Shown: positions 26,141 through 36,265, numbered from the stretch's first letter. The stretch is DNA of 64,000 bases from Bacilli bacterium (GCA_045545595.1 JAZQBG010000004.1:17361-81360); one strand, 5' to 3'. Notes: generated from the letters alone by a model not told the origin. Made by a program: numbers and translations.

Positions 26141-28219
26141 ATGAAATTAAAATTTACTGCAAATAAAGAAGATTGGATAATCTTTATATTGATGTTAATA
26201 TTGATGTTATATTTAGTAGCGATAGCTGTATTAAACTTTTCAGTTTTTGCTCATACTGGATCATTCCATGGTTTAAACCCAATACCGGCATTTACTAATC
26301 CAGATTATTTAATGCCAACTTTAGTATTTTACATAATAATTATCTTAGTTGGTTTTGGTAGTGTAAATTCATACTTTTTTGATAGGGAAAAAGGTACTGG
26401 TTTTTCAACAACAAAAAGTGATAAAGGATATTCAAGATGGTCTAAGCCAGAAGAAATCAAAGGTGAATTAAAACCAGTTAATCCAACTGCACATACTAGT
26501 GAATATGCTGGTATTCCAATTATTAATGATGGTAAAACTGTATGGGTAGATAACGGTGAATATCATAACCTTATTATAGGGTCCACTGGTTCAGGTAAAA
26601 CACAATTAATTGTTTTTCCAATGGTTAACGTTTTAGCTAAAAAAGGTGAATCTATGATTATTACCGACCCCAAAGGTGAAATCTATGATGCAACTGCCAA
26701 TATGTTAAAAGAACGTGGTTATAAAATTATCGTTTTAAATTTACGTGATCCTCAAAGAGGTAATGCATGGAATCCATTCCAAATGCCTTACAAACTATAT
26801 AAAAGTGGTAACGGTGACAAATCAACAGAGTTACTTGACGACTTAGCAATCAATATTCTATATGATGAAAAAAGTCAAAGTAATGACCCATTCTGGGAAA
26901 AGACATCTGCAGACTACTTTACTGGTTTATCATTAGGTATGTTTGAAGATGCTGATGAGAGTAAAATCAACTTAAATACAATAAATTACATGAGTACTGT
27001 AGGAGAAGATAAGTTTGGTGGCTCTACATATATAAAAGAATACTTTAATATGAAAGATCCAACAAAACCGGCATATATAAATGCTTCCAGTACAATTAAT
27101 GCACCTACTGAAACTAAAGGTGGAATTCTTTCTGTATTTAGACAAAAGATTAAATTATTTTCTTCTAAAGAAAATTTATCAGAAATGTTAAGTCATAGTG
27201 ACTTTGATATGCAAGATATAGGAAAACAAAAAACTGCTGTTTTCATTATCATCCAAGATGAAAAGAAAACATATCATCCACTTGCAACAATATTCCTAAA
27301 ACAAGTATATGAAACATTAATCGATGTTGCACAAGAAAACGGTGGAAAACTTCCTGTTAGAACTAACTTTATTCTTGATGAGTTTGCGAACATGCCACCA
27401 CTAAAAGATGTTACAACAATGATTACTGCAGCTCGTTCTAGACAAATAAGATTTAACTTCATAATACAAAACTTTGCGCAATTAACGCAAGTTTACGGTA
27501 AAGAAAATGCAGAAACAATTAGAGGTAACTGTGGTAACACAATATATTTAATAAGTACAGAGTTACAAGCTCTTGAAGAAATAAGTAAATTATGTGGGGA
27601 AGTTAAATCTAAAGAAAAAGAAAAAACAAGTTCAACACCATTAGTTACTGTAAGTGACTTACAAAGAATGAAGAAGTTCGAAATGATAGTATTAAGACTT
27701 CGTAAATTCCCATTCAAAACTAAAATGACTCCACAATTCCAAATGAATTGGGGACCTCAAGACACATCAAAAGCTGAACTTCCTACTAGAGAAAGAAAAG
27801 CTGTGGAAGTATTTGACTTAAAAGAATTTGTGAAGGAAAAGAAAAAAAGTAATTTATTTAACATATTAGAAGGTTCAAATGGTGGAGGACCAGATATTCC
27901 AGCTGCTCCATTTAATCCATTTGCGATGCCTTCAGCTGACAATAACGATTTTAATGTTGATGACTTAGTTAAGAAAATCGATGCTAAAATTGCTGAGTTG
28001 GAAGAGGAAGAAAGAAGAGAAAAAGAAAAACTCGAAAAGGAAAAACAAGCTAATAAATCAAATATTATATCTGACAATGATATAACACCTCAAGTTTTAG
28101 AAGTAGCAGAGAATAAGACAACAAATGTTAACAAACCAATAGTTAAAGAAGAAATTAATAATCAAGAAGAAGATATTAGTGATGATCAATTCTTCGATGA
28201 TTTCTTTGCTGATGAATAA
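26141..28219 (+). CDS. VirD4/TraG-type type IV coupling protein
   Basis: Two N-terminal TM helices. Walker A GSTGSGKTQ, TDPKGE, Walker B-like NFILDEFAN. Acidic C-terminal tail. Confidence 0.8.
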   Translation: MKLKFTANKEDWIIFILMLILMLYLVAIAVLNFSVFAHTGSFHGLNPIPAFTNPDYLMPTLVFYIIIILVGFGSVNSYFFDREKGTGFSTTKSDKGYSRWSKPEEIKGELKPVNPTAHTSEYAGIPIINDGKTVWVDNGEYHNLIIGSTGSGKTQLIVFPMVNVLAKKGESMIITDPKGEIYDATANMLKERGYKIIVLNLRDPQRGNAWNPFQMPYKLYKSGNGDKSTELLDDLAINILYDEKSQSNDPFWEKTSADYFTGLSLGMFEDADESKINLNTINYMSTVGEDKFGGSTYIKEYFNMKDPTKPAYINASSTINAPTETKGGILSVFRQKIKLFSSKENLSEMLSHSDFDMQDIGKQKTAVFIIIQDEKKTYHPLATIFLKQVYETLIDVAQENGGKLPVRTNFILDEFANMPPLKDVTTMITAARSRQIRFNFIIQNFAQLTQVYGKENAETIRGNCGNTIYLISTELQALEEISKLCGEVKSKEKEKTSSTPLVTVSDLQRMKKFEMIVLRLRKFPFKTKMTPQFQMNWGPQDTSKAELPTRERKAVEVFDLKEFVKEKKKSNLFNILEGSNGGGPDIPAAPFNPFAMPSADNNDFNVDDLVKKIDAKIAELEEEERREKEKLEKEKQANKSNIISDNDITPQVLEVAENKTTNVNKPIVKEEINNQEEDISDDQFFDDFFADE

Positions 28220-28260
28220 TAAAATTTATAAAAAGTATAGATTTTGTAAAATTTAAAGTA

Positions 28261-28298
28261 AAAGATTACAGATAGTAAAATTGTCTGTAATCTTTTTA
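28261..28298 (+). terminator. intrinsic terminator ending the T4SS module
   Basis: 12-bp stem AAAGATTACAGA/TCTGTAATCTTT followed by T-rich sequence. Confidence 0.75.
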
Positions 28299-28524
28299 TG
28301 TTTCTGAAAAGAAATGTGTTATAATTTTCAAAAATATTGATTTTGAAATAAAATGCGAACGCAATCTCCTTGGCTTTAGACTATGAGTCAAGTGAGTAAA
28401 AAAATAAAATCTAAAACATGTTAAGCCCTCTTTGCAAACGTATGTTTGTGATGTATAATTTGTTTACGAGTAGATGTTAAAGTAAAAATAAATATAAATT
28501 TTTATATGGTTAAGGGGGTATAAT

Positions 28525-29631
28525 ATGTTAAGAGCTTATAAATATAGAATATATCCGAATGATATACAAAAAGAACAAATAAATAAAACATTCGGTTGTG
28601 TTAGATTTGTTTATAATAAGGTTTTATATTATAGAAAAGAAACATATGAGAAAGATAATAAAAGTTTAAGTAAAATTGGCTGTAATAATTATTGTAATCA
28701 TGTATTAAAGAGTAAATATGTATGGTTAAAGGAAGTTGATAAATTTGCTTTAACTAATTCTATATATAATATGGATAATGCTTATAATAAATTTTTCAAA
28801 GAAAACGCTGGTTATCCAAAGTTTAAAAGTAAACATAATAATCACAAATCATATACAACTAATTATACGAACGGAAATATAGATGTAGATTTTGATAATA
28901 ATAAAATTAAATTACCTAAATTAAAATATATTAAAGCAAAAGTACATCGTAAATTTAAAGGTATTATTAAGAGTGCAACAATATCACAAGTACCTAGTGG
29001 AAAATATTATGTATCATTATTAGTGGATACTGGCGATATAAAAAGGAAATCTATATCAGATAAAAAAATCGGGATAGATTTAGGCATTAAAGATTTATGT
29101 ATAACATCAGATGGAGATAAGTATGAAAACCCGAAAATATTAAAGAAATATGAAAAGAAAATAGCTAGACTAGGAAGAAGTTTATCTAGAAAACAAAAAG
29201 GAAGCAATAACTTTCAAAAAATAAAACATAAGTTAGCAAAGTGTCATGAAAGAATATCAAACATTAGATGTGATTATTTACATAAAGTAAGTCATAAAAT
29301 AATTAGCGAAAACCAAGTAATTATAACAGAAGATTTACAAGTAAAGAATATGATGAAAAATCATAAATTAGCATCAAGTATAGCAGATGTATCGTGGCAC
29401 GAATTAACAAGACAATTAACGTATAAAGCAGATTGGTATGGAAGAACATATATAAAAGTAGATACATTTTATGCAAGTAGTCAGTTATGTCATGTATGTG
29501 GATATCAAAATAGTGATATAAAGAACTTATCAGTAAGAAGCTTTAAATGTCCAAAATGTGATACATATCATGATAGAGATATTAATGCAGCAAAGAATAT
29601 ATTAAAAGAAGGATTAAGATTAATGGTTTAG
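28525..29631 (+). CDS. tnpB: TnpB (OrfB) RNA-guided endonuclease-family transposase accessory protein
   Basis: Canonical N-terminus [13 protein letters not shown].. and RuvC-like GIDLGIKD. Zn finger CHVCG...[15 protein letters not shown] near the C-terminus. Confidence 0.9.
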   Translation: MLRAYKYRIYPNDIQKEQINKTFGCVRFVYNKVLYYRKETYEKDNKSLSKIGCNNYCNHVLKSKYVWLKEVDKFALTNSIYNMDNAYNKFFKENAGYPKFKSKHNNHKSYTTNYTNGNIDVDFDNNKIKLPKLKYIKAKVHRKFKGIIKSATISQVPSGKYYVSLLVDTGDIKRKSISDKKIGIDLGIKDLCITSDGDKYENPKILKKYEKKIARLGRSLSRKQKGSNNFQKIKHKLAKCHERISNIRCDYLHKVSHKIISENQVIITEDLQVKNMMKNHKLASSIADVSWHELTRQLTYKADWYGRTYIKVDTFYASSQLCHVCGYQNSDIKNLSVRSFKCPKCDTYHDRDINAAKNILKEGLRLMV

Positions 29632-29744
29632 AATTATAACATATATATAGGGATGGAATATCCCGAATATAAGCTTGTGGAGAAGTCTGGTTACAGAGTC
29701 TATGAAGCAAGAAGCCCATTGACTTTAGACTATGGGTAGTTCAC
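29560..29744 (+). ncRNA. probable omega/right-end RNA of the TnpB element
   Basis: By analogy with characterised TnpB systems, the guide-RNA scaffold spans the tnpB 3' end to the right end. Structured segments GGGATGGAATATCCC and GCCCATTGAC...TATGGG. The 5' limit is a guess. Confidence 0.4.
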
Positions 29745-29790
29745 ATAACGTTGTCACATGATACTCTCAATACATACGAGGAGTGGTAAT

Positions 29791-30648
29791 GTGAAAGAAA
29801 ATAATATGCATTTAGTAAACAAGATATTTAATAATGAAACAATTAGAACGGTATGGGATAAGGAGGATGAAAAATATTATATTAGTGTAGTTGATATTGT
29901 TGGTGTTGTATCAGAAAGTAAAGATGGTAGAAAGTATTGGAATAAATTAAAACAAAGACTAAAACAGGAAGGTAATGAGTCGGTGACAAATTGTCACCAA
30001 CTGAAATTAAAAGCATCAGATGGAAAATATTATAAGACTGATGTTGTTGACATAGAAGGAATGTTTAGAATAATTGAGTCTATTCCTAGTAAAAATGCGG
30101 AGCCAATAAAACAATGGTTAGCAAAACTCGGAAGCGAAAGAATAAATGAAGTATTTGATCCATCCCTTGGAATTCAAAGAGCAGTAGATACTTATAGGGC
30201 TAAAGGTTATGATGAAGATTGGATTCAAAAAAGAACTAGGGGGATAATTAACAGAAAACAATTAACTGATGTTTGGAAAGAAGTAGGGATTAAAGATGGA
30301 AAAGAATTTGCAATCCTAACAAGCGAAATATACAAAAGTTGGGCTGGGATGACAGCTAAAGAATATAAACAATATAAAGGATTAAGAAAAGAATCATTAA
30401 GTGATAATATGACTGATATTGAAGTAGCGCTTGCAGATTTAGGAGAACTCGCAACAAGAGAAATTGCTAAAAAAAGGAATCCAAAAGGACTAGATGAAAA
30501 TAAAGGAGTAGCAAGATGTGGAGGTAAAATCGCAAACAATACAAGAAAAGATTTAGAATCTGAATTAGTACAAAATATTCTTACAAAAGATAATAATATA
30601 AATTATCAATATATTAGTGAATCTAATCAAATAGAAGATAAAAATTAA
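29791..30648 (+). CDS. Bro-N domain protein (phage antirepressor/DinD-like)
   Basis: GTG 7 nt after AGGAG. Bro-N pattern FNNETIRTVWDKEDEKYYISVVDIVGVV. Confidence 0.65.
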   Translation: MKENNMHLVNKIFNNETIRTVWDKEDEKYYISVVDIVGVVSESKDGRKYWNKLKQRLKQEGNESVTNCHQLKLKASDGKYYKTDVVDIEGMFRIIESIPSKNAEPIKQWLAKLGSERINEVFDPSLGIQRAVDTYRAKGYDEDWIQKRTRGIINRKQLTDVWKEVGIKDGKEFAILTSEIYKSWAGMTAKEYKQYKGLRKESLSDNMTDIEVALADLGELATREIAKKRNPKGLDENKGVARCGGKIANNTRKDLESELVQNILTKDNNINYQYISESNQIEDKN

Positions 30649-30709
30649 TGTATTAAGAATAACAAAAAATATATTGTTATTCTTTTCATATACTTTATTA
30701 GGTGAAAAT

Positions 30710-31492
30710 ATGACAAAGAGAATAAGATTAAAAGGAACTAAAAAAATAAAACATATAAATCACAAAATGATAATATTAACTAAAATTATGGTTATACTAA
30801 GTTTAGTATTTGTGACTACATTTTTTATAATTCATCTATTTAATAAAAAAGCAACTCCAATACTTTTAAACTATGCAGAATTAGAAACTAGAAAGTTGGC
30901 TACAGTAATAATAAATAGGGCAGTATCAAAACAGATTGCTAGTGAAATATCACTTGATGAGTTAATCATTACTCATAAAAACAATAATAATGAAATACAA
31001 TCAGTAGATTTTAATCCATATCTAGTTAATAAAGTTTTAAATTCTGTCACAAATACTATCCAATTGAATTTAAAATGGCTAGAAGAGGGAAAAGTAGATA
31101 TGATTGAATTACCAGAAGGGGTAACAATGGATTATGATAGTGAAAATTTAAAAAAAGGAATAATATATGAAATCCCTGTTGGTGCGGTTACAAAGAATTC
31201 ATTTCTTTCTAATTTAGGGCCTAAGATTCCCGTTAAATTGAATTTAATAGGTTCAGTAGAATGTGGTATTAATACAAAACTTACCCACTATGGAATTAAT
31301 AATGTATATTTAGAAATTGTGGTTAATGCAACAGTTAGTGAACAAGTTGTTTTGCCATTTACATCTAAGACAATAACAATTTCAACTGATATACCAGTAG
31401 CTATGAAAATTATAGAAGGTAAAGTGCCTGAATATTACTCTAGTGGAATAAGTGAAAATTCATCTACTTTTAGTATTCCTATAGGTGAATAA
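30710..31492 (+). CDS. yunB: sporulation protein YunB
   Basis: N-terminal TM, then the YunB-like pattern ILLNYAELETRKLATVIINRAVSKQ...PVKL....V..V. Synteny with yutD. Confidence 0.65.
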   Translation: MTKRIRLKGTKKIKHINHKMIILTKIMVILSLVFVTTFFIIHLFNKKATPILLNYAELETRKLATVIINRAVSKQIASEISLDELIITHKNNNNEIQSVDFNPYLVNKVLNSVTNTIQLNLKWLEEGKVDMIELPEGVTMDYDSENLKKGIIYEIPVGAVTKNSFLSNLGPKIPVKLNLIGSVECGINTKLTHYGINNVYLEIVVNATVSEQVVLPFTSKTITISTDIPVAMKIIEGKVPEYYSSGISENSSTFSIPIGE

Positions 31493-31548
31493 TATGATAT
31501 AATTAGTTTGTAATAATTTGTAAAAATCTGGTAGAAGTGGGTGATAAA

Positions 31549-33270
31549 ATGAGTAAAAGAAACGGAAAAAAAATAAAAAAGAAAAATATTATTTTGTTTT
31601 TAATAATCATTGTAATGATAACGGGGTTATTCATCTACTTTAGTTCTTCAAATGTTACATTTAAAAATAGTGATAAAAAGACTTATTATCTAAAAGGAAA
31701 TACTACTGAAATTCCGATATATAATGAAAAGTTTGAACTCAAAGAAAATTTAAAAAGAGGTGTACTAGTAACACTAAATAGTGATGAAGAAATCACTTCT
31801 GAAGATGGTAATATATATAATAAAATAAGTTATAATGATAAAACTTATTACGTATTAAAAGATAATCTAACTACTAATAAAGATAAACTTGCAACTGAAG
31901 AAGTTATGTATGTTAGAACATCTACAACGCTTTATTCTGATATCGAGAAAGGTACTATTGCTGGATTAGTAAATAAAGGTGATGAACTTTCTATAGTTGG
32001 TTATGACAAATTAGAACAAGGTAGTGTTAATGCATATAAAGTTAAAATAGGAGAACAAACAGGCTATGTATATGGAAAATACTTAGTTGCTGATAAAGAG
32101 TCCTCACTTGCTTATTATGAGCCTGATAAATATCATAATGTTCACGCATTAAGTGGACATACATTAGGAGCAGGTAGTGCAGAAAATTTAGATTATTATC
32201 CAGTGGACAAACCTTCGTTTGAAAATAACAAAATGCCTGATGTAGTGTATGCTTTATATTTAAATGGTGGAAAAAATGTAATAAGTAATGTTGATAGTTA
32301 TATAGAGTTCGCTAAAACAACTAATATAAATGCATTTGTTGTTGACATTAAAGATAACGAATCACCGGCTTATGATTCTGAAGTTATGAAAACTATGTCA
32401 CCAACAAACTATAGTAAAGCTGCTAATTCTAAAGAAGATTATAAAGTAGCTATTCAAAAACTTAAAGATGCAGGATTCTATGTAATAGGGAGAATAACAG
32501 TATTCAAAGACAAATATTATGCAGAAGATCATCCGGAAGATGCGATAATGGATACTAGAACTGGACAAGCTTTCTTACATTCTAGTACTTATTGGCCAAG
32601 TCCATATCGAAGAAATGTATGGATGTTTAATGTAGAACTTGCTAAAGAAGCAGTAACTGAAATGGGATTTAATGAAATACAATTTGACTATGTTAGGTTT
32701 CCTGATAGAGTTTTACAATATGAACGTGATGGATTAATGGATTTTAGAAACGAATACAATGAAGAAAAAGCTCAAGCTATACAAAGATTTTTAATGTATG
32801 CTTGTGATGAACTTCACCAATTAGGAGTATACGTTTCTGCTGATGTATTTGGTGAATCAGCGCATAAATATGTAACAGCTTATGGTCAATATTGGAGTGC
32901 GATATCTAATGTAGTAGATGTAATAAGTGCGATGCCATATCCTGACCACTTTAGTAAATATGAATATAATTTTAAAGAACCAGTCTGGACTAAACCATAT
33001 GAAATATTAAACTTTTGGGCAAACACATATGTAAATCCAAGGCAACAGGGAGCTCCAACTCCTGCAGTTGTAAGAACATGGATACAAACTTATGATGTTC
33101 CAAATTATAAACATTCTGGTGGATATAAATATGGTGCAGATCAAGTAGAAGCTCAAATAAGAGGATTGTTTGACGCAGGACTAACTGGTGGATACATGAC
33201 ATGGAATGCGGCAAGTGATTTAGATAAATATAAATCACAAGTAACAGCATATCAAAAGGAGTATAAATAA
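31549..33270 (+). CDS. membrane-anchored putative glycoside hydrolase (DUF4015/GHL-type TIM barrel) with SH3-like repeats
   Basis: N-terminal TM. SH3b-like segments (YVRTSTTLYS...GYVYGKYL). Catalytic-domain motifs AFVVDIKD and IQFDYVRFPD. Confidence 0.55.
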   Translation: MSKRNGKKIKKKNIILFLIIIVMITGLFIYFSSSNVTFKNSDKKTYYLKGNTTEIPIYNEKFELKENLKRGVLVTLNSDEEITSEDGNIYNKISYNDKTYYVLKDNLTTNKDKLATEEVMYVRTSTTLYSDIEKGTIAGLVNKGDELSIVGYDKLEQGSVNAYKVKIGEQTGYVYGKYLVADKESSLAYYEPDKYHNVHALSGHTLGAGSAENLDYYPVDKPSFENNKMPDVVYALYLNGGKNVISNVDSYIEFAKTTNINAFVVDIKDNESPAYDSEVMKTMSPTNYSKAANSKEDYKVAIQKLKDAGFYVIGRITVFKDKYYAEDHPEDAIMDTRTGQAFLHSSTYWPSPYRRNVWMFNVELAKEAVTEMGFNEIQFDYVRFPDRVLQYERDGLMDFRNEYNEEKAQAIQRFLMYACDELHQLGVYVSADVFGESAHKYVTAYGQYWSAISNVVDVISAMPYPDHFSKYEYNFKEPVWTKPYEILNFWANTYVNPRQQGAPTPAVVRTWIQTYDVPNYKHSGGYKYGADQVEAQIRGLFDAGLTGGYMTWNAASDLDKYKSQVTAYQKEYK

Positions 33271-33542
33271 TGATAAATATAAATGATAAAAAATATGAAT
33301 TAATTAAAAATGAAAAAGAAGCTTGGAATCAAGAAGAATTCGAAAATTTATTTACTGATTACTTTTATGAATTTGATTATATAGTAGGAGATATTGCTTA
33401 CTCTAAATTGAGACTTAAAGGTTTTTATGATTCAAAAAATTCGAAAGTAAAGGATTTTAACAATATTGACAATTTGGATGAATATTTAAAAAATTATTGT
33501 GCTTCCGGATGTAAATATTTTGTGATAAAACGTGTAAAATGA
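33270..33542 (+). CDS. yutD: YutD-like protein (DUF1027)
   Basis: 90 aa. FEFDYIVGDIAYSKLRLKGFY is typical of the YutD family. ATGA-type coupling to the upstream gene. Confidence 0.6.
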   Translation: MININDKKYELIKNEKEAWNQEEFENLFTDYFYEFDYIVGDIAYSKLRLKGFYDSKNSKVKDFNNIDNLDEYLKNYCASGCKYFVIKRVK

Positions 33543-33657
33543 CAATTATTGAGAAAAAATATCATTTTTTTGATATTTTTTTTAATTTTACTATTGGAAT
33601 TATTATTTAGATGTGTTAAAATCTAAATAGAATAATTAAAGGGTAAGGTGATATCAT

Positions 33658-34914
33658 ATGGATAACAATTTGACAATACGTATTATTACTGAAGAAGCTA
33701 AGGAAATAGAAGCTAGTGTCATTAGTTTATTCGAAATATTAGAAAATCAAAAAAAATATGCAATATATACATTTAATGAGGAAGATGCTCAAGGTTTAGT
33801 AAAGATTTATGCTTCAAGAATTATGGAAGTTGACGGTTTATATACATTCACTTCAATTTCAGATTCAGAAGAATGGGGACGTATTAAAGCCATTATGAAA
33901 TCAATGGCTAAAGCTGATAGTGACGGTACTGATAATGGAACTGTTAAATTAATATCTGCTAAACAAGTTAAAGCTCAAATGAACGAACCAATTTCTGTAA
34001 ATCTTTCTGAAACTAAAGCTGCTAAAATAGGACCTAATTATAAAACAGGTATTACTAACAGTTATTTAAATAACGTTAAAGAAGAAGTAGCACCAGCTAT
34101 TGAAGAACCTGTTGTTGTAGTTCCTGAACCAGCAATAGAAATTCCTCAACCTGTTGTAGAACCAGTAGTAGCTCCAACTATTGAATTACCAAAAGTTGAA
34201 GAAGAGGTACCTGCTCCAATTAGTATTGAACCTGTTGCAATAGAAACTCCAGAAGTAGAAGAACCTAAAGTAGAAATGCCAGAAATTGAAATTCCTACTT
34301 TTGTACCAGAAATACCTTCATTTGAACCAACTCCAGTTGCTGATGCTGAGTTAGATTCAATTGATATGCCAAAAGTTGAAGAAGAAGTTAGTGTTCCTGA
34401 AGTTGAAGTGAAAGAAGAATTTAAACCAAGTTTTGATTTTGAAGTTCCAACATTCGATGAAGAAGAAAAAGAAGAACCAGAATATGAAGTTCCACAAATT
34501 AAAGAAAGACCAAGTGTAGACTCAGTATTAAACAAAGCTTCTTACTATCAAAATATTCCTGAAGAAAAAGAAGAAAAGCGTGATGAATCTAATGAAAATA
34601 TTATTCAATCAATTGGTTTAGAATTTATGAAAAAAGTAAGTGAACTTGCTGAATATGAAAAAGAATTAAATAAAAGAAATCGCGAATTAGAAGCTAAAGA
34701 AAGACTAATTGTAAAATTAGAAAAAGAATTGGCTGAAAAGGATGAAAAACAAAAAGCAGCTATGATGTCAAATAAAGATAGAGAAAAGGAACTTAGAAAA
34801 GTTGAAAAAGAACTTGCTGATAAAGATAATGATTTAAACAGAAGAATTATGGAATTCAACAAGAAAATTTCAATGTTCCAACAAACATTCGAAACAATTT
34901 CAAAAGTAGACTAA
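33658..34914 (+). CDS. hypothetical protein: DUF1292-like N-terminus, Pro/Glu/Val-rich low-complexity middle, coiled-coil C-terminus
   Basis: N-terminus ITEEAKEIEASVISLFEILENQKKYAIYTFNEED. The middle consists of PE(V/I)E-type repeats. Lys/Glu heptad-like tail. Confidence 0.45.
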   Translation: MDNNLTIRIITEEAKEIEASVISLFEILENQKKYAIYTFNEEDAQGLVKIYASRIMEVDGLYTFTSISDSEEWGRIKAIMKSMAKADSDGTDNGTVKLISAKQVKAQMNEPISVNLSETKAAKIGPNYKTGITNSYLNNVKEEVAPAIEEPVVVVPEPAIEIPQPVVEPVVAPTIELPKVEEEVPAPISIEPVAIETPEVEEPKVEMPEIEIPTFVPEIPSFEPTPVADAELDSIDMPKVEEEVSVPEVEVKEEFKPSFDFEVPTFDEEEKEEPEYEVPQIKERPSVDSVLNKASYYQNIPEEKEEKRDESNENIIQSIGLEFMKKVSELAEYEKELNKRNRELEAKERLIVKLEKELAEKDEKQKAAMMSNKDREKELRKVEKELADKDNDLNRRIMEFNKKISMFQQTFETISKVD

Positions 34915-34979
34915 TGTCTACTTTTTTTTCATGTAATATATTTTTTTTAAACTCATATATTAAACTAGAGGTGGGTTTA

Positions 34980-35906
34980 GTGAAAAATGCAATTCAATAC
35001 TATTACAATTTAAACCCTATTAATCTGCATCAAAAAGATGATGTTTATTATTTTAAAATCGATAATGATAGATTTTTTCTTTTTCCCCTTTTAAGAAATG
35101 ATAATGAATTAAATTCTATTTATCAAATAGATCTAGAACTATTAAATAGGCGAGTTCCAACACATCAAATCATTTTAAATAAACAAAAAAATATCGTAAC
35201 TATAGTAAATGATATTCCATATGTTTTGCTTAAATCCTTTGTTAAAAAAAATGATTCAATAGATATAGATGATATTATTACCTTAGCAAATAAAACTGAG
35301 ATTAAAAAACAAGATTTATTTTTAGATAAATCCAATTGGGTTACATTATGGGAAAATAAAAATGACTATTTAGAATATCAAGTAAGTCAATTTGGCATTA
35401 AATATCCTGTTATTTGTGAAACTTTTAGTTATTATATAGGTTTGGCAGAAAATGCTATTTTATATGTTAAAAATACTACTATTGAATCAAAGCCAGAATT
35501 TTCTGATTCTTTAGTTATATCACATAGAAGAATAAATAATTATACAACACTATTTGATTTATATAATCCTCTTGAATTTATAATTGACTATAAGGTTCGT
35601 GACATATCTGAATATATAAAATTTAAGTTTTTTTATAATAAAGAAAACTTATGGGAAGAAATAAATAATTATTTTTCTAGTAATAAATTATCTATATTTG
35701 GCGCAAGAATGTTATTTGCAAGACTACTATATCCAACATATTATTTTGATTTATATGACCAAATATTAGAAGGTGAACGCGATGAAAAAGATTTACATCA
35801 TATAATAAAAAAACAGGAAGAATATGAAGAATTTCTTAGTGATATATATAATTACTTATCACTAAAATATCCTCTACCTCCTGTGGAGTGGTTACTTAAA
35901 AGATGA
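34980..35906 (+). CDS. CotS/YutH-like spore-coat kinase-fold protein
   Basis: GTG after GAGGTGG. Size, the N-terminus AIQYYYNL..., and its position between yutD-like and nifU-like genes mirror the Bacillus yutD-yutH-yutI region. No catalytic motifs were verified. Confidence 0.4.
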   Translation: MKNAIQYYYNLNPINLHQKDDVYYFKIDNDRFFLFPLLRNDNELNSIYQIDLELLNRRVPTHQIILNKQKNIVTIVNDIPYVLLKSFVKKNDSIDIDDIITLANKTEIKKQDLFLDKSNWVTLWENKNDYLEYQVSQFGIKYPVICETFSYYIGLAENAILYVKNTTIESKPEFSDSLVISHRRINNYTTLFDLYNPLEFIIDYKVRDISEYIKFKFFYNKENLWEEINNYFSSNKLSIFGARMLFARLLYPTYYFDLYDQILEGERDEKDLHHIIKKQEEYEEFLSDIYNYLSLKYPLPPVEWLLKR

Positions 35907-35920
35907 TAATTTATCATCTT

Positions 35921-36142
35921 TTAAGCTAATTCTACTTTTTTTACTTCTGGAATTTCACTCATTAAAGCCATTTCAATTCCTTCTAATGTTTGGTCTAACA
36001 TATAACAGTGCATACATACACCACTTACATTAACATACACAATACCATCTTCAAATTTAACAAATTCTATGTTTCCACCATCATTTTGAAGTATTGGTTT
36101 TATTTTTTCAATAACTTCTTTTATTTTTTCCTCTGTTTTCAT
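35921..36142 (-). CDS. NifU-like (Nfu/YutI-type) Fe-S cluster scaffold protein
   Basis: Segment IKPILQNDGGNIEFVKFEDGIVYVNVSGVCMHC contains the CxxC of the Nfu C-terminal domain. Confidence 0.8.
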   Translation of the reverse strand: MKTEEKIKEVIEKIKPILQNDGGNIEFVKFEDGIVYVNVSGVCMHCYMLDQTLEGIEMALMSEIPEVKKVELA

Positions 36143-36208
36143 TTTATCACCATCCACTGTTATTATAACCGATTTATTACTTTAAATAAATAAAATTCAA
36201 CAAATTAC

Positions 36209-36237
36209 TTGCTAAAATTACAATTAAATGATAAAAT
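36209..36237 (+). promoter_or_regulatory. promoter of tRNA-His
   Basis: TTGCTA-17 bp-TAAAAT, about 29 nt upstream of the tRNA 5' end. Confidence 0.5.
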
Positions 36238-36265
36238 AATGTACGTAATATTTAATTTATTACAT

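Larger units (their letters stand above)
28350..29744 (+). mobile_element. IS200/IS605-family element carrying tnpB only (IS1341-like, no tnpA)
   Basis: Subterminal hairpin at the left end (CTTGGCT...AGTCAAG, 28369-28392). Both ends share CTTTAGACTATG(A/G)GT. The right end has the typical ...TATGAAGCAAGAAGCCC...GGGTAGTTCAC. Boundaries are approximate. Confidence 0.7.
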
